In this document: positions 1 through 12,930 of the stretch, piece by piece | Layout of the letters: each line of letters opens with the position of its first letter | Numbering within the stretch: position 1 is the stretch's first letter | Source of the DNA: Neoechinorhynchus agilis | Lineage: Eukaryota > Animalia > Acanthocephala | NCBI GenBank assembly: GCA_051530055.1 | Contig: CM121341.1 | Location: 2,343,538-2,407,537, forward strand | DNA length: 64,000 nt | Reading direction: 5' to 3' | Notes under the pieces: generated by a model | What the model was told of the DNA's origin: nothing | Seen by the model: the letters and a program-made list of their open reading frames with translations, nothing else | The model's database searches: none | Program-made: the position numbers and the translations under genes

Positions 1-1824
1 GAGTTTCCCTTCATCGCTCGATTTTGGATGGCTTTTAGTTTTTCGGTGCCATATCTCCAAATACCCAGGAACATTACCGCTACCCGTCAATGCAAGACAA
101 TGTCCATTGGGCGCGTATAATGCCCCGTTTCGCATCTTTTGACCTTCACGAACCAATGCTTGTTTCTTAGTGATATTGGGATGAACAATGTAAACAGCAA
201 CCTTTGACTGAGCAAACACGACGCAAAACTCAGCGCTAAGTCCTGTGCCAAGTGGTCGCATCGCAACCGCATGGACGGTCCGCTCATTACCCATTTCTAT
301 CGGTTGAAAATTCTCTGTCGATTCATTAACGTTTATAAAGTATAGACTCGATAATCCGTAACCAGAAAAATGCCTCAAGACAGATCATAATGTCGAAAGC
401 GATTAGGCAAAGTGAGTTAAAAAACGAAGAACAAATTAGAATTATTGTTTAGAATTCTATACCGGCGGTAAATGATTATTTCGATTAAAAACGTTCAGTT
501 GAACAAATTGATCAATTCGAACTCTATAACTTTTAAAAAGATCAGCTCCATGTACTCAACAGTTGAATATAAAGTTTACAATTAATGCGTTAAAATGTAA
601 CCAAATTGGTTATTCGAAATCACATTTAAAACAAAAGAGCTAACTCAAAAAGACGCAAATCCCTAAATTTCCGTTTTCTTCGACATTAAATGATGTTAAA
701 AGATCGACTCTTCATGATTTCGGCAACGATTCATGCATATCAGACGGTCCAAACATAAACGTAAAGTTATCGACCCGAATCCGGCGAGACTAAATGGTAA
801 ACATTGTCGATAGCCCAATGTCAATTTGTAAATCCAAGATAAAAAAGGTTTAAAATGTCACTAAAATGGATGGATCGATGAAACGGCATTATTGAAAAAT
901 AAAATTGAGGCACTTTTCATCCGTAATAGGATTTGGAAGAAGTTTTTGAGTTTTTGACAAGGGTCAAAACACCGGACCCTTCCGGTGTCCATTGGAGTTC
1001 CACTGATTCGATAATTGCAAGAGTCAATGCATTCATGGGCTTTTCCAGATCGAAATCAGCGCCGGGGACCCGTCTAACGATTTGGACCGTGGAATGCTGA
1101 GCGTTTTTTGGTGGCTGACAATACAAAGCAACGGTATTTGGGCACGTTGGAGAAATAGCGAAAGTTCTAAGGTTTTTAAGATGAAGACTCGTAATGCCGT
1201 CTTTGTCAAAAGTATCGTCTTTGCATCGTTTGAAAAATCTAAGGCTAGGTTCCTGATAGACGCAAAGTATTTGTTCATCCGTCGACCATATTGGTTCCCA
1301 GAGATTATCACTAGGCTGTTTAAAGCTCAGAACTGGGTTTAAATTGCTCCTTGGAGGGAAAATCAACAGATTGGGAGGACTTTCAGCCGTTGTTTTATAG
1401 ACGGTTTTGTGGAGAGCAATGTACGAATCTAACGGACTGAACACTGCACTGTCACAGCCATGAGTAGACCGGTGGATAATTTTCTTAGTTGCAGTATCCA
1501 ATAAAATTGTGCTAAAGAGAGAAAAGTGATGTTTAGTCTAAAATTAAAACTAACCTTTCATCGCCACCAATGAGTAAAAGACCGCCTCCATGAGAATAAA
1601 CCGTACATCTGCAATCTTTTAAATCTAACCTTAAGACGAGTTAAAAAAATTAAAAATCTTTAAAACCAAATTAAACTTACTCAGTCTCCGATACGTTATT
1701 TTCTTGGCTAAATTCGACGTCAGTGACAGTAACCCGGTTCTTGTATCGCGCTTAATTCAAAAAGCATTTAAATATCTTTCTTAAAGAACCAACACTGACC
1801 ACAAAACTGCGTCCTCGAATCCAT
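1..1824 (-). CDS. EIF2A: Translation initiation factor eIF2A (multi-exon, 3' end runs off window start)
   Basis: ORF 917..1501 ends in the conserved SYYG; a second exon 357..1 reads GLSSLYFINV...YAPNGHCLALTGSGNVPGYLEIW, matching the eIF2A beta-propeller motif. Three short GT-AG introns lie between 1500 and 1800; the start codon is uncertain. The intron at 358..922 is non-canonical. Confidence 0.85.
358..922 (-). other. Non-canonical hairpin-bounded intron (GG...AC) in eIF2A
   Basis: TAC|GGATGAAAAGTGCCTCAA ... TTGAGGCATTTTTCTGGTTAC|GGA; flanking 8-bp direct repeat TTACGGAT; removal restores SYYG-LSSLYFI. Confidence 0.8.
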
Positions 1825-2206
1825 CCTCCAAATTACGATGACAAAACTGAGAATAACGTGCTTTTTGCCTTTCTTTCGTATCTGAAACACTTCAATATTT
1901 TGGCGTTGGGCGCAATCGATTATAGCCAATTGGTGATTTTATCGCGTTTTGTGACGTGTGCGCTGTCGATTTTCGCACTGCTGGCCATGATTGTGAGCTT
2001 TTTTGTCCATGTCATGCAAATTTCACTAAATGGTCGAGAATCGTCAATGGTTTTTTATGGCGCAGAAAATTAGTGTGGATTAAGCGCTTTATTTCTTCAC
2101 CGTTTGCCTCAAGAAAGATTAAAATGAATTTAAAATCCGGTATTAGCACCTAAAAAAACACTGAAAAACAATTTTGTCGAATTATCTAGCAGACGATTTG
2201 ATCGTC

Positions 2207-2268
2207 GATAAACGCGTACAATCTTGTAAGCTTCCGAAACTAATCGGCAGTTTAAAATCATTTTAATC
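2207..2268. repeat. ~60-bp dispersed element, also at 7803..7874
   Basis: GATAAACGCGTACAATCTTGTAAGCTTCCGAAAC(T/A)AATCGGCA is near-identical at both sites. Confidence 0.85.
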
Positions 2269-2322
2269 TTTCTTCGCATCAGAAAAAAATATGAACAGTT
2301 CAATCTTCAAATAATTTTCTAT

Positions 2323-2403
2323 AAAAATAGAGACTGATTTGTTAATTGCCAATAACGTCCGACGGACGAAATATTGACAATTAATAAATCAGTCTCTATT
2401 CTT
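2323..2403. mobile_element. Foldback/MITE-like hairpin
   Basis: AATAGAGACTGATTTGTTAATTGCCAATA ... TATTGACAATTAATAAATCAGTCTCTATT, ~29-bp imperfect inverted repeat. Confidence 0.7.
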
Positions 2404-2711
2404 CTAATCACCAAAGAACACTCACTGTCTTGGCAATTTAAGAGGCGTCGTTAGCTATATTTCTCACAAAAATAGCGTTGAACTCTGTTCTTTAGGCTGA
2501 TTGCCTTTATAAAACAATTTTTGAATTCATTGTGGTTTTTTTGAACAATTTTTTTACCCATTAATTTTCGATTTTACGTGCTTTTATTCTTTTTTTTTGT
2601 AAAGAAATGGTTCAAAGAAGATTTTTTTTGCATTATCACCTACAAGTCTTGATTGCTTTCAAAATGTTTAGACAAACCATTCTCCCGCCTTGGGAGACTA
2701 TCTGATACAGG

Positions 2712-3374
2712 ATGCTTAATGACTACATGACAATTCCTCAGCAACCACCGCTAACTCCGGTTTCTCCAATCCCTCCGTCTCTTCAAACATCATCATCGTC
2801 GAAATCACCACCAGCGGCAACAGCCGTTGCCCCAAACGTCTTATATGCTCGATACCAATCATTGCTCGATCAATTAGTCGTGTTTCCGTTCTTCCGATGG
2901 ATAATGGTATTAGTATTGATCATAGCGTTCTTTATTCGGATGGTTCGTGTCCATGGATTCTATATTGTCGCATACGTGGCAGGAATATTTTTGCTCAATC
3001 AATTGGTTCAATTCTTAACTCCACGATTCTTACCATCAGCTGCTGCTTCAACCGGTAAATCGTCGGAATCGACCGCGATTCCCAGGAACCTCAGTGATGA
3101 ATTTCGACCATTTGATCGACGACTAAAAGAGTTTGATTTCTGGCTTGTGTCAATCAAGACCTGCATCGCCTCACTCGTTTGTACTCTATTTCCTTTTCTC
3201 GACTGTCCAGTCTATTGGCCGATTTTACTCATGTACTTTTGCACACTATTCTTCGTCACCATGAGACAACAAGTGTACTTTATGATCAAGTACCGCTATG
3301 TGCCCTTCAGCTACGGAAAAGCTAGGTATGGAACTGCTCAAAATTCAAAGAAAGGAAACATATTCATGTCGTGA
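2712..3374 (+). CDS. RER1: RER1 Golgi-to-ER retrieval receptor
   Basis: YQSLLDQLV..RW, YIVAYVAGIFLLNQLVQFLTP, EFRPFDRRLKEFDFW, CPVYWPILLMYF, MIKYRYVPFSYGKARY motifs. Confidence 0.95.
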   Translation: MLNDYMTIPQQPPLTPVSPIPPSLQTSSSSKSPPAATAVAPNVLYARYQSLLDQLVVFPFFRWIMVLVLIIAFFIRMVRVHGFYIVAYVAGIFLLNQLVQFLTPRFLPSAAASTGKSSESTAIPRNLSDEFRPFDRRLKEFDFWLVSIKTCIASLVCTLFPFLDCPVYWPILLMYFCTLFFVTMRQQVYFMIKYRYVPFSYGKARYGTAQNSKKGNIFMS

Positions 3375-4266
3375 AGAAATCGTGAGCGAAAAACATGGGA
3401 GTTCATTGCTTGAATAAAGGGCCTAAGTCGTTTTCCAGGGAGATTTGGCTAATCCAATAAGCCAGGCGGTCGTAACAAGTCGTATTTCAAGAACCGTTTT
3501 GATCGGGGGGCGCTCAATCTTATCGCTTCTTGATCATGCTCGATTGCCACCATCTATTTTATTCTAATGAAAAATCTCAAATAAATCTATTGATGTCGTC
3601 AACTTTTTTTTTCTAAGTGCCGAAATTGTGGAAATGACACACCTTAATTTTTTGAAATAATATCTCTTTCCTTAGCCCCTAATTCCGTAGACCACCATAT
3701 CCGGGTGCAGCTTCAGTAGTCTTTTCGGACGAACTCTGTATCGCTGTAGGATCTCGGCGTTTGCTCCATTCACCTCAATTTTAACATTCCATGATAGCGA
3801 TTTTGGACGCTGTTCGCAATTGGACAGCTTTCGGCGGTAACAATACGAATCACTTTTAGATATATAATCGTTTCTGGTTGATCCGATTAATCGGTGATTT
3901 GACTTTATGTTACACTCATCGGTTCTTGAGAATTTGGCCCGGATTCGAATACCTTTTGGATTTAGAACAATCCTTTATACGTCGATCGTACGCCAATTGA
4001 TCGATCTAGCATTTTCGGATCAGTAGTACTCAGTCTGTTTGAAAAAACCTGAGTACATTTTTGGAATCAGCGCGTTGAGTTGCACTTAATGAACGTGACT
4101 ACAAAACATAAACGCTTTTTCACATACATCGAGCTTTGATTTGCTGTGTTGAAATGTGAAACATCCGTGTTTTCCAAACGCGCGTCTAAATTCAGGTGAA
4201 ACACACAAGCCATAAATCCGAATACACGATTTTGCTAATTTCAAAGCGAAGTGTTATTCTTTTTAA

Positions 4267-4456
4267 TGGTTAGCCGGTTATATTGATCCAATGTGTTTTT
4301 TTAGAACATCTCTTACTCGACTTATTTTAACTTTTAAGTGATCGAATCACTTCTCTGATACAAGAGATCGGTTTGGTTGTATGCCCAAGGAAGAAGGAAA
4401 ATAAGCCGAGTAAGGGATATCGTAAAAAAACATTGAATCAATATAACCACTTACCA
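4267..4456. mobile_element. MITE-like element with ~30-bp terminal inverted repeats (TGGT...ACCA)
   Basis: TGGTTAGCCGGTTATATTGATCCAATG(TG)TTTTTT pairs with AAAAAACATTGAATCAATATAACCACTTACCA. Confidence 0.75.
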
Positions 4457-4477
4457 GTAAACATTAAAGAATTCAAC

Positions 4478-4626
4478 ACTTTTGTACATTTCGTAGTTGT
4501 GCCAAGAGGAGGTCAAGTAGACTTGATCCCTAAATCTCTCTTTTTCAAGGTCAAAGGGTTCAATATCCACAATCGTCTACGATTCCTAACTAAAGGAGGT
4601 AAACTCACTGAGAGGGGTACAAACTC
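4478..4626 (+). mobile_element. TIR-flanked element with tRNA(Ser)-like core; diverged second copy at 19559..19695 (-)
   Basis: TTTGTAC...GTACAAA ends; core CGTAGTTGTG...GGGTTCAATATCC...CGTCTACG resembles the tRNA-Ser 5' end, B box and acceptor stem; shared blocks GTACATT(T/C)CGTAGTTGTGC, GGTCAAGT(A/G)GACT and CTCACTGA. Confidence 0.5.
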
Positions 4627-4770
4627 AAAACCGCGTATGATTCATTCGGTTTAAGTGTGATTTTATGCGCTTTCCTGATGTAAGAGAAAGGTGTGGGTAG
4701 CCGAATAAACTAAAAGGAAGTAAAAAAGAACCGTTAATCAATTTTTATTGACATTAAACAAAAAGCCACA

Positions 4771-5214
4771 TTACATAATGTCGTCGGATTTATACATCCA
4801 ACTCGTTTCATCATATTTCTTCATAAATTCGTTTTTTAATTTTGATGAGAAATGGCTGAGATGCGTTTTTATGAGTGCTTCCGCTTCGTGATTACGAGCT
4901 AGCGACTCACTTAGTGCACAGGGCCAATCAGGAAGCTGAACTGTAGATTGATCTTCAGTAAACTCACTGAGTGGTCCTATTTCTGAAAGAGTTTCCTCGG
5001 TGCGAACTGTTACAACATCATCATGGAATCTGCGATACCGACGTTGCTCATCAGGAGGCAAGAGCGTCGAAACGAAATGGAGCAATGGGTCAGATTCGGT
5101 AGACGATTCCACTCTGGTACGAGGATTTGTGTTAGAGAACTCTGTTGATTGAGCAGAATCTGTTATAGTGCTAGAAGATGTCGGTGCCGTGATTGGATTA
5201 ACGTTGTCGCCCAT
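4771..5214 (-). CDS. Hypothetical 147-aa protein directly downstream of NDR kinase
   Basis: ATG-started ORF, S/T-rich N-terminus and helical C-terminus; no family recognised. Confidence 0.5.
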   Translation of the reverse strand: MGDNVNPITAPTSSSTITDSAQSTEFSNTNPRTRVESSTESDPLLHFVSTLLPPDEQRRYRRFHDDVVTVRTEETLSEIGPLSEFTEDQSTVQLPDWPCALSESLARNHEAEALIKTHLSHFSSKLKNEFMKKYDETSWMYKSDDIM

Positions 5215-5362
5215 CTAAAACAAACGTGGATTCACGAATACGAAGTTGAAAAAGGATCAATGCTCGATCTTGATCGCTGCATGAGTGCGTTTGCGACTTC
5301 TGTCGAAGAGAAAAATGGTGTTATTCACTAAATAAGCAAAAATAAATCCTCAGTTTTTCTAT

Positions 5363-7569
<2,207 letters not shown>

Positions 7570-8424
7570 TTATATTATTCCACTGATTCTCTAGAATTAG
7601 AGGAGCCGAAAACAGTACAAAAAAGCAAATCAAACTTCGATCTGCATATGAAACTTGAACATATATTCTAGATTTGTTTTTGTTTGCCGTGAAAAATTAG
7701 ATGAATTTGCTTGAAGATTGAACTATGAAGAAAGATTCAAATAATTTTAAACTGCCGATTAGTTTTGAATATGTGAGTTTAAAAACTTACAAGCAACATT
7801 GTGATAAACGCGTACAATCTTGTAAGCTTCCGAAACAAATCGGCAATTTAAAATAAAATCATCATTTTAATCAGATTGATTTCGGAAACACACAATCTTG
7901 AACGCGCTCATCGAGGTAAAAACATGAAAAATTCAATCTTTAAACAGAATCTGTCAAATTTTAAAAATGAAGTTGTGTCTTTGATTTCAATCGGGGGGAA
8001 TTCCAATTTATTGATAAATGCAACCTTATTAACCTCCCCGATGACTGATTTGACGAAAATTCGTACAGATTCGTCACTCTCATTGGCTTTTTATAACAGT
8101 CATTCAGCAAGCTTTTTTGTCGATCTTTTTTCTTTGACAGAAAGGAAAACGAGTTACGTCACCACATAGAAAATATATATAAAATCGCGCTCAATATACG
8201 AAAGAAACAAACGAATTTAATGCGTTTTGGAGTTTAGTCGTTTGTTGTTTCGTTTGCGATAAACCTTTAATAAGTAGTCATTTACCGCCTGTGAAGAACT
8301 CTAAACAATAATTCCAATCACATTCCCCGGTATCTCCTTACATATCGACATTTTTACTCGTATTTAATTCGATCGTTTTTCTATTGAGGGTAATTTTTGT
8401 CGATAATTTTCAGAACGAGATGTA

Positions 8425-9542
8425 AGGAGGTGACGTCACCACATAGGGAAAATGAATTTAAAAGTGCGCTCAATATACGAAAGAAATAAGAGCAAGAACT
8501 GTAACAGGAGAACTTTTCGTTTTTGGACGCGTTTTAGTGGGTTTTTATGTCGGAGCATCAAGGAGGTGACGTCACCACATAGGGAAAATGAATTTAAAAG
8601 TGCGCTCAATATACGAAAGAAATAAGAGCAAGAACTGTAACAGGAGAACTTTTCGTTTTTGGACGCGTTTTAGTGGGTTTTTAATGGTGTTGTTGGGTAT
8701 TAATATTTTTTACTGGTAAATCTGGACGTTTGGACACGTATCCATTTGATCATTCCGAGAGTTCCTTTTTTTTAGCATTCAGATATCGTAATGTCGGAGC
8801 ATCAAGGAGGTGACGTCACCACATAGGGAAAATGAATTTAAAAGTGCGCTCAATATACGAAAGAAATAAGAGCAAGAACTGTAACAGGAGAACTTTTCGT
8901 TTTTGGACGCGTTTTAGTGGGTTTTTAATGGTGTTGTTGGGTATTAATATTTTTTACTGGTAAATCTGGACGTTTGGACACGTATCCATTTGATCATTCC
9001 GAGAGTTCCTTTTTTTTTAGCATTCAGATATCGTAATGTCGGAGCATCAAGGAGGTGACGTCACCACATAGGGAAAATGAATTTAAAAGTGCGCTCAATA
9101 TACGAAAGAAATAAGAGCAAGAACTGTAACAGGAGAACTTTTCGTTTTTGGACGCGTTTTAGTGGGTTTTTAATGGTGTTGTTGGGTATTAATATTTTTT
9201 ACTTTTAAATCTGACGTACGTTTGGACATGTATCCATTTGATCATTCCGAGAGTTCCTTTTTTTTTAGCATTCAGATATCGTAATGTCGGAGCATCAAGG
9301 AGGTGACGTCACCACATAGGGAAAATGAATTTAAAAGTGCGCTCAATATACGAAAGAAATAAGAGCAAGAACTGTAACAGGAGAACTTTTCGTTTTTGGA
9401 CGCGTTTTAGTGGGTTTTTAATGGTGTTGTTGGGTATTAATATTTTTTACTGGTAAATCTGGACGTTTGGACACGTATCCATTTGATCATTCCGAGAGTT
9501 CCTTTTTTTTTAGCATTCAGATATCGTAATGTCGGAGCATCA
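8425..9542 (+). repeat. Tandem array (~245-bp unit, one shorter ~136-bp unit) built from the SPF30 upstream region and first codons
   Basis: GGAGGTGACGTCACCACATAGG recurs near 8427, 8562, 8807, 9052 and 9299; units end in ATGTCGGAGCATCA, the first 14 nt of the SPF30 CDS. Confidence 0.95.
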
Positions 9543-10332
9543 GTCGTTATCGCTCCATCGATACCGTCATCAACTTGAACAGGTAGAGCTTGCTTTGCTT
9601 GAAGAGCCCACTAACTCGGATATGCTTTCACTCAAGTCTGATCTTGAAGAAGCGATTAGGCTCACTTCGGATCTTTTGGAAGCTTCTGGTGAAGTTCAAA
9701 TTACTTCTGTAGGTTCCGTAGACGACAACAACAACAACAACGATGATGTGCAAGATCTTTTGCGTAGATGGAAATGTGGAGATCGCTGTCTAGCGATATG
9801 GTCCGGTGATAAACAGTACTATATCGAAATGGAGATGTTAGATGAAGTGTGCCATTTGGAGGGGGGGGACGGGAAAGGAACACACCAACAACTGACAGTC
9901 TCGATGAATAATGCTACTGTTGATGAAATATTCGATAAGAACGGTATGTGCACTGTTGTTTTTGACCGCTACGAAACTACTGAAATCGTTTCATTGGCTT
10001 CCTTGAAGCCCATATCGTCCACTACATCGGGCGATCTACAGTCCAAGTTGACTTTGAAACAGCAACGTAAAGCCAAACGAGAGAAGGAATTAAGACAACG
10101 AGAAGCATGGAAAAAGAAACAGGCGAAAAAACTTGAGAGAATCAAACAACTTGAAGATGCTCGAGAGGCCGAGAAGAAGCGTTGGAAGGATTTTAATCAG
10201 AAGCTGGCTAGTAAGACCTGGAAGGGGGTTGTGAGTAAATGCCTTATCAAGAAGATTGGCCCTCAGGAAGAGATTAAAGGCGTTCTTGGTACATCACAAA
10301 CGAGATTTAAAGCCAACGGATACATCAAGTGA
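9529..10332 (+). CDS. SMNDC1: SPF30/SMNDC1 Tudor-domain splicing factor
   Basis: YRHQLEQVELALLEEPTNSDMLSLKSDLEEAIRLT, Tudor WKCGDRCLAIWSGDKQYY/NATVDEI..CTVVFDRYETTEIV, LEDAREAEKKRWKDF; an 87-nt in-frame insert at 9823..9909 splits the Tudor domain. Confidence 0.92.
   Translation: MSEHQSLSLHRYRHQLEQVELALLEEPTNSDMLSLKSDLEEAIRLTSDLLEASGEVQITSVGSVDDNNNNNDDVQDLLRRWKCGDRCLAIWSGDKQYYIEMEMLDEVCHLEGGDGKGTHQQLTVSMNNATVDEIFDKNGMCTVVFDRYETTEIVSLASLKPISSTTSGDLQSKLTLKQQRKAKREKELRQREAWKKKQAKKLERIKQLEDAREAEKKRWKDFNQKLASKTWKGVVSKCLIKKIGPQEEIKGVLGTSQTRFKANGYIK
9823..9909 (+). other. Non-canonical hairpin-bounded intron (AT...AT) in SPF30
   Basis: TAT|ATCGAAATG ... CAGTCTCGAT GAAT|AAT; removal yields WSGDKQYY-NATVDEI. 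Confidence 0.75.
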
Positions 10333-10433
10333 CGGGTGTGTGTGGCTTTTCACTCTTAGTACATAACGAATACTGCTTTCATATCCAAAAATTTTGGTCG
10401 AAGATTTTGGTTCCGTTAGAAAAGCGCTCTCTC

Positions 10434-10434
10434 G

Positions 10435-10469
<35 letters not shown>

Positions 10470-10470
10470 G
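10434..10470. repeat. (TTG)n microsatellite
   Basis: About 12 TTG/GTT units. Confidence 0.95.
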
Positions 10471-10574
10471 GTCTAACGGTAGTGTCGAAAAATCAGCGCT
10501 GAAACGAAATTTTGATTTTCTCAAGTCTTTGGGGAAAAGAAAACCCTGAGTGTGAAATATCGTTTTAGATAACG

Positions 10575-12654
10575 ATGTGGCACGAAGCTCGTCGTCATGA
10601 AAAGAAGATTCGCGGAATTATGGTTGACATAAAACGACGAGCAGAACGACGAAAAGAAAATAATGAACGAAACGTTGGCTTGTTTTCATCTAATAATTGA
10701 AAAAGAATATTCGCAAAGGCCGCCCGCAATACGACTAATTCGTTGCAAGTTTTCGGTTATGCCAGTAAAATCTATAGAACCGAAAAGAACGACCAAACTG
10801 CCAGTGAACCAAATCTGTATGAGTTTTTTTACTCATTTTTTTTACATTTTTTAAAGTGTCAATTGGAATGGAACGGATATTGATCGATTTGATATTCGAT
10901 TTCATATTGATTCAATTGATATTCACTCTGGTCCTAAAACGCTTCTTGCAAACACCGCTTCGCTGATGGGGTAGGAGTGCCATTTGTGCACTTCTTTCAA
11001 ACCAAATTTTTAGAGAAATATCGCGGTGTAATTATGAACGATATCGAATATTGATAGAAAATGAAATTAAAGGCGGTTAGATAAAACTTAAGTTTATTGG
11101 CACGAATGCAGCTTATGTGTTTAGTTACTGACGAAGTGGATGTTGTCAAGAATATTCGATCGGTGATCCACCAGTCCAAGACGTAGGAATGATTGACGCA
11201 ATCGATTTTTTTAAATTCAATTTAGCACTTTAATGCAGAACCGCCCGTCGGATGAAATTAAAAAGAATAAAAATGAAAAAAGTTAGTTTTTTTGGTCATT
11301 TTTCATGAGAATCCTTTTTTTGGAGCATTTCGACAACCAATCAATCTTCATTTCTCGACAATTAACACACTCACCACCTCCCGCCGAATTCCAGCTTTTG
11401 TCCTTCCTCGACCGTGGCCATCACGCTGGCAGCGTTGCCCCGTTGTACTGCTAGCGAGATATTTTGTTGAAGGGCAAAAGGAAAAATTGAATGATTTTTC
11501 CCCGCCACTATAATTCAACCTTCTTAAATCTTTTTTTTTAATCTTAGGTGACTGGCGAAAGACTGCAGAAGGTATAGTTGAGAAGCATAGATTATGTGAG
11601 CGAACGTGTGCCAAGTACCAGATTCCTCTGAACGACTATCATGTGTATGTCCGAGAAGTACTCTCTTTAGACTATTCAATTCTTTTAATCATAGATTTGA
11701 AGCTGAAGAAAAGCAACAGGCGACCGAATTGGATCGACAACAAAGATGCGATAACGCGAAGAAGAGCAAAGAAGTTCGTATGGTTAAATATTGTCACTAA
11801 TGAGAAATGTTTTATAGAAAGTCCGGCGTATAACAACAAATACGACCACTACTACTTTGCGTTACCCTTTGAGTTTTGCGTTGCCATTCGCTGAAAAGCA
11901 GACCATTGGATTCGAAGAGAAAATATCTAAAAGTAGCACCAAGCATCGTAAATCTTCAAAGGAAGTATTCGGTAAAGAGAGACCAATATTTATTACTAGT
12001 TATGGCGATCCTGGAATGACTTTATCTAAATCTACGACGATATCGCCTTCTCATTTACCAGATCTACCAATAATAGAAACTACGAAAAGGAATGAAGGTA
12101 TTAAGAAACTGAGGATGAATTTGATGGTCAGTGAGGACATGCCGAAGATTCGGGATGGTTTTCAGTCTGAAAAACAGGAAAAGTCAGTATGGATCGACGA
12201 TGTGTTTGGTACCATTACCATATGGGTTTTCGGTATCATTGCTTTTTGCAATTTAACTATTATTTTTGCAGGGAATCAGACGATGAGTTTAAGGAGTTTA
12301 TGGAAAATGAGAAGAAAAAAGAGTATTTGAAGCCGAGAAAAGAGCAGACGTTTACTAAAGCAGAGAAACTAAAGAAGAAAACTCAAAGTCTTTTAAGGAA
12401 ACAGGGTTAGTATTTATGTTTCGGTCAAGACGAATTTTTCTTGCTTGGATATATTTTTAGCTAGAATCGATCGAGTGGATGATAGAAGAAAACAACATTT
12501 AGAAGCAGTAGCTAAAAGAGAGCGAGAGCTGTACTTTCAGTCTCGATCGATCAAGCCAAGCAGCGATTCCAAGACACAGCGGCATTGTAGGTCAAGATCT
12601 TCTAGTCGCACACGCGATGGCAGAATACCGCGATCTCGAAGTCCGAGACGATAA
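10575..12654 (+). CDS. CLASRP: CLASRP/SFRS16 SR-related splicing factor (multi-exon; middle exons not fully resolved)
   Basis: MWHEARRHEKKIRGIMVDIKRRAERRKE, SLQVFG, DIDRFDIRFHID, and a C-terminal RS tract; GT-AG introns. Confidence 0.85.
11371..11466 (-). mobile_element. 3' fragment of a CRE-like non-LTR retrotransposon in a CLASRP intron
   Basis: Near-identical to 39450..39550 (ISLAVQRGNA.SVMATVEEGQKLEFGGRW). Confidence 0.8.
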
Positions 12655-12930
12655 ATCGATTTTCGAAGAGCGGTTAGAGCAAAAAATCGGCGAGAGTGTG
12701 TAGCATTGCATAAATACAGCGCCATTCTGATCGCAGGTTACCGAATTTAGCCCCAATTCTTAGACTATATTAAGATAATGAAAAACCTAGAAATTGATCG
12801 CTCCACGTCGTTTGCGTTTTTTTATACCGATGAAACCTTCTCAAGATCATCTTTTTTCATTAAGTTCCGGCATTTCCTTCCATGATCTACGCTGTGACTT
12901 TAAAAATTCTCGATTCAAACAATTTTTAAG

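Noticed and set aside
3660-4260. Open minus-strand frames with a possible GT-AG intron
   Set aside because: No start codon or recognisable homology; could not build a consistent gene.
4373-4654. 93-aa ORF on plus strand and an open antisense frame
   Set aside because: Overlaps two TIR elements and a tRNA-like core; no protein motif.
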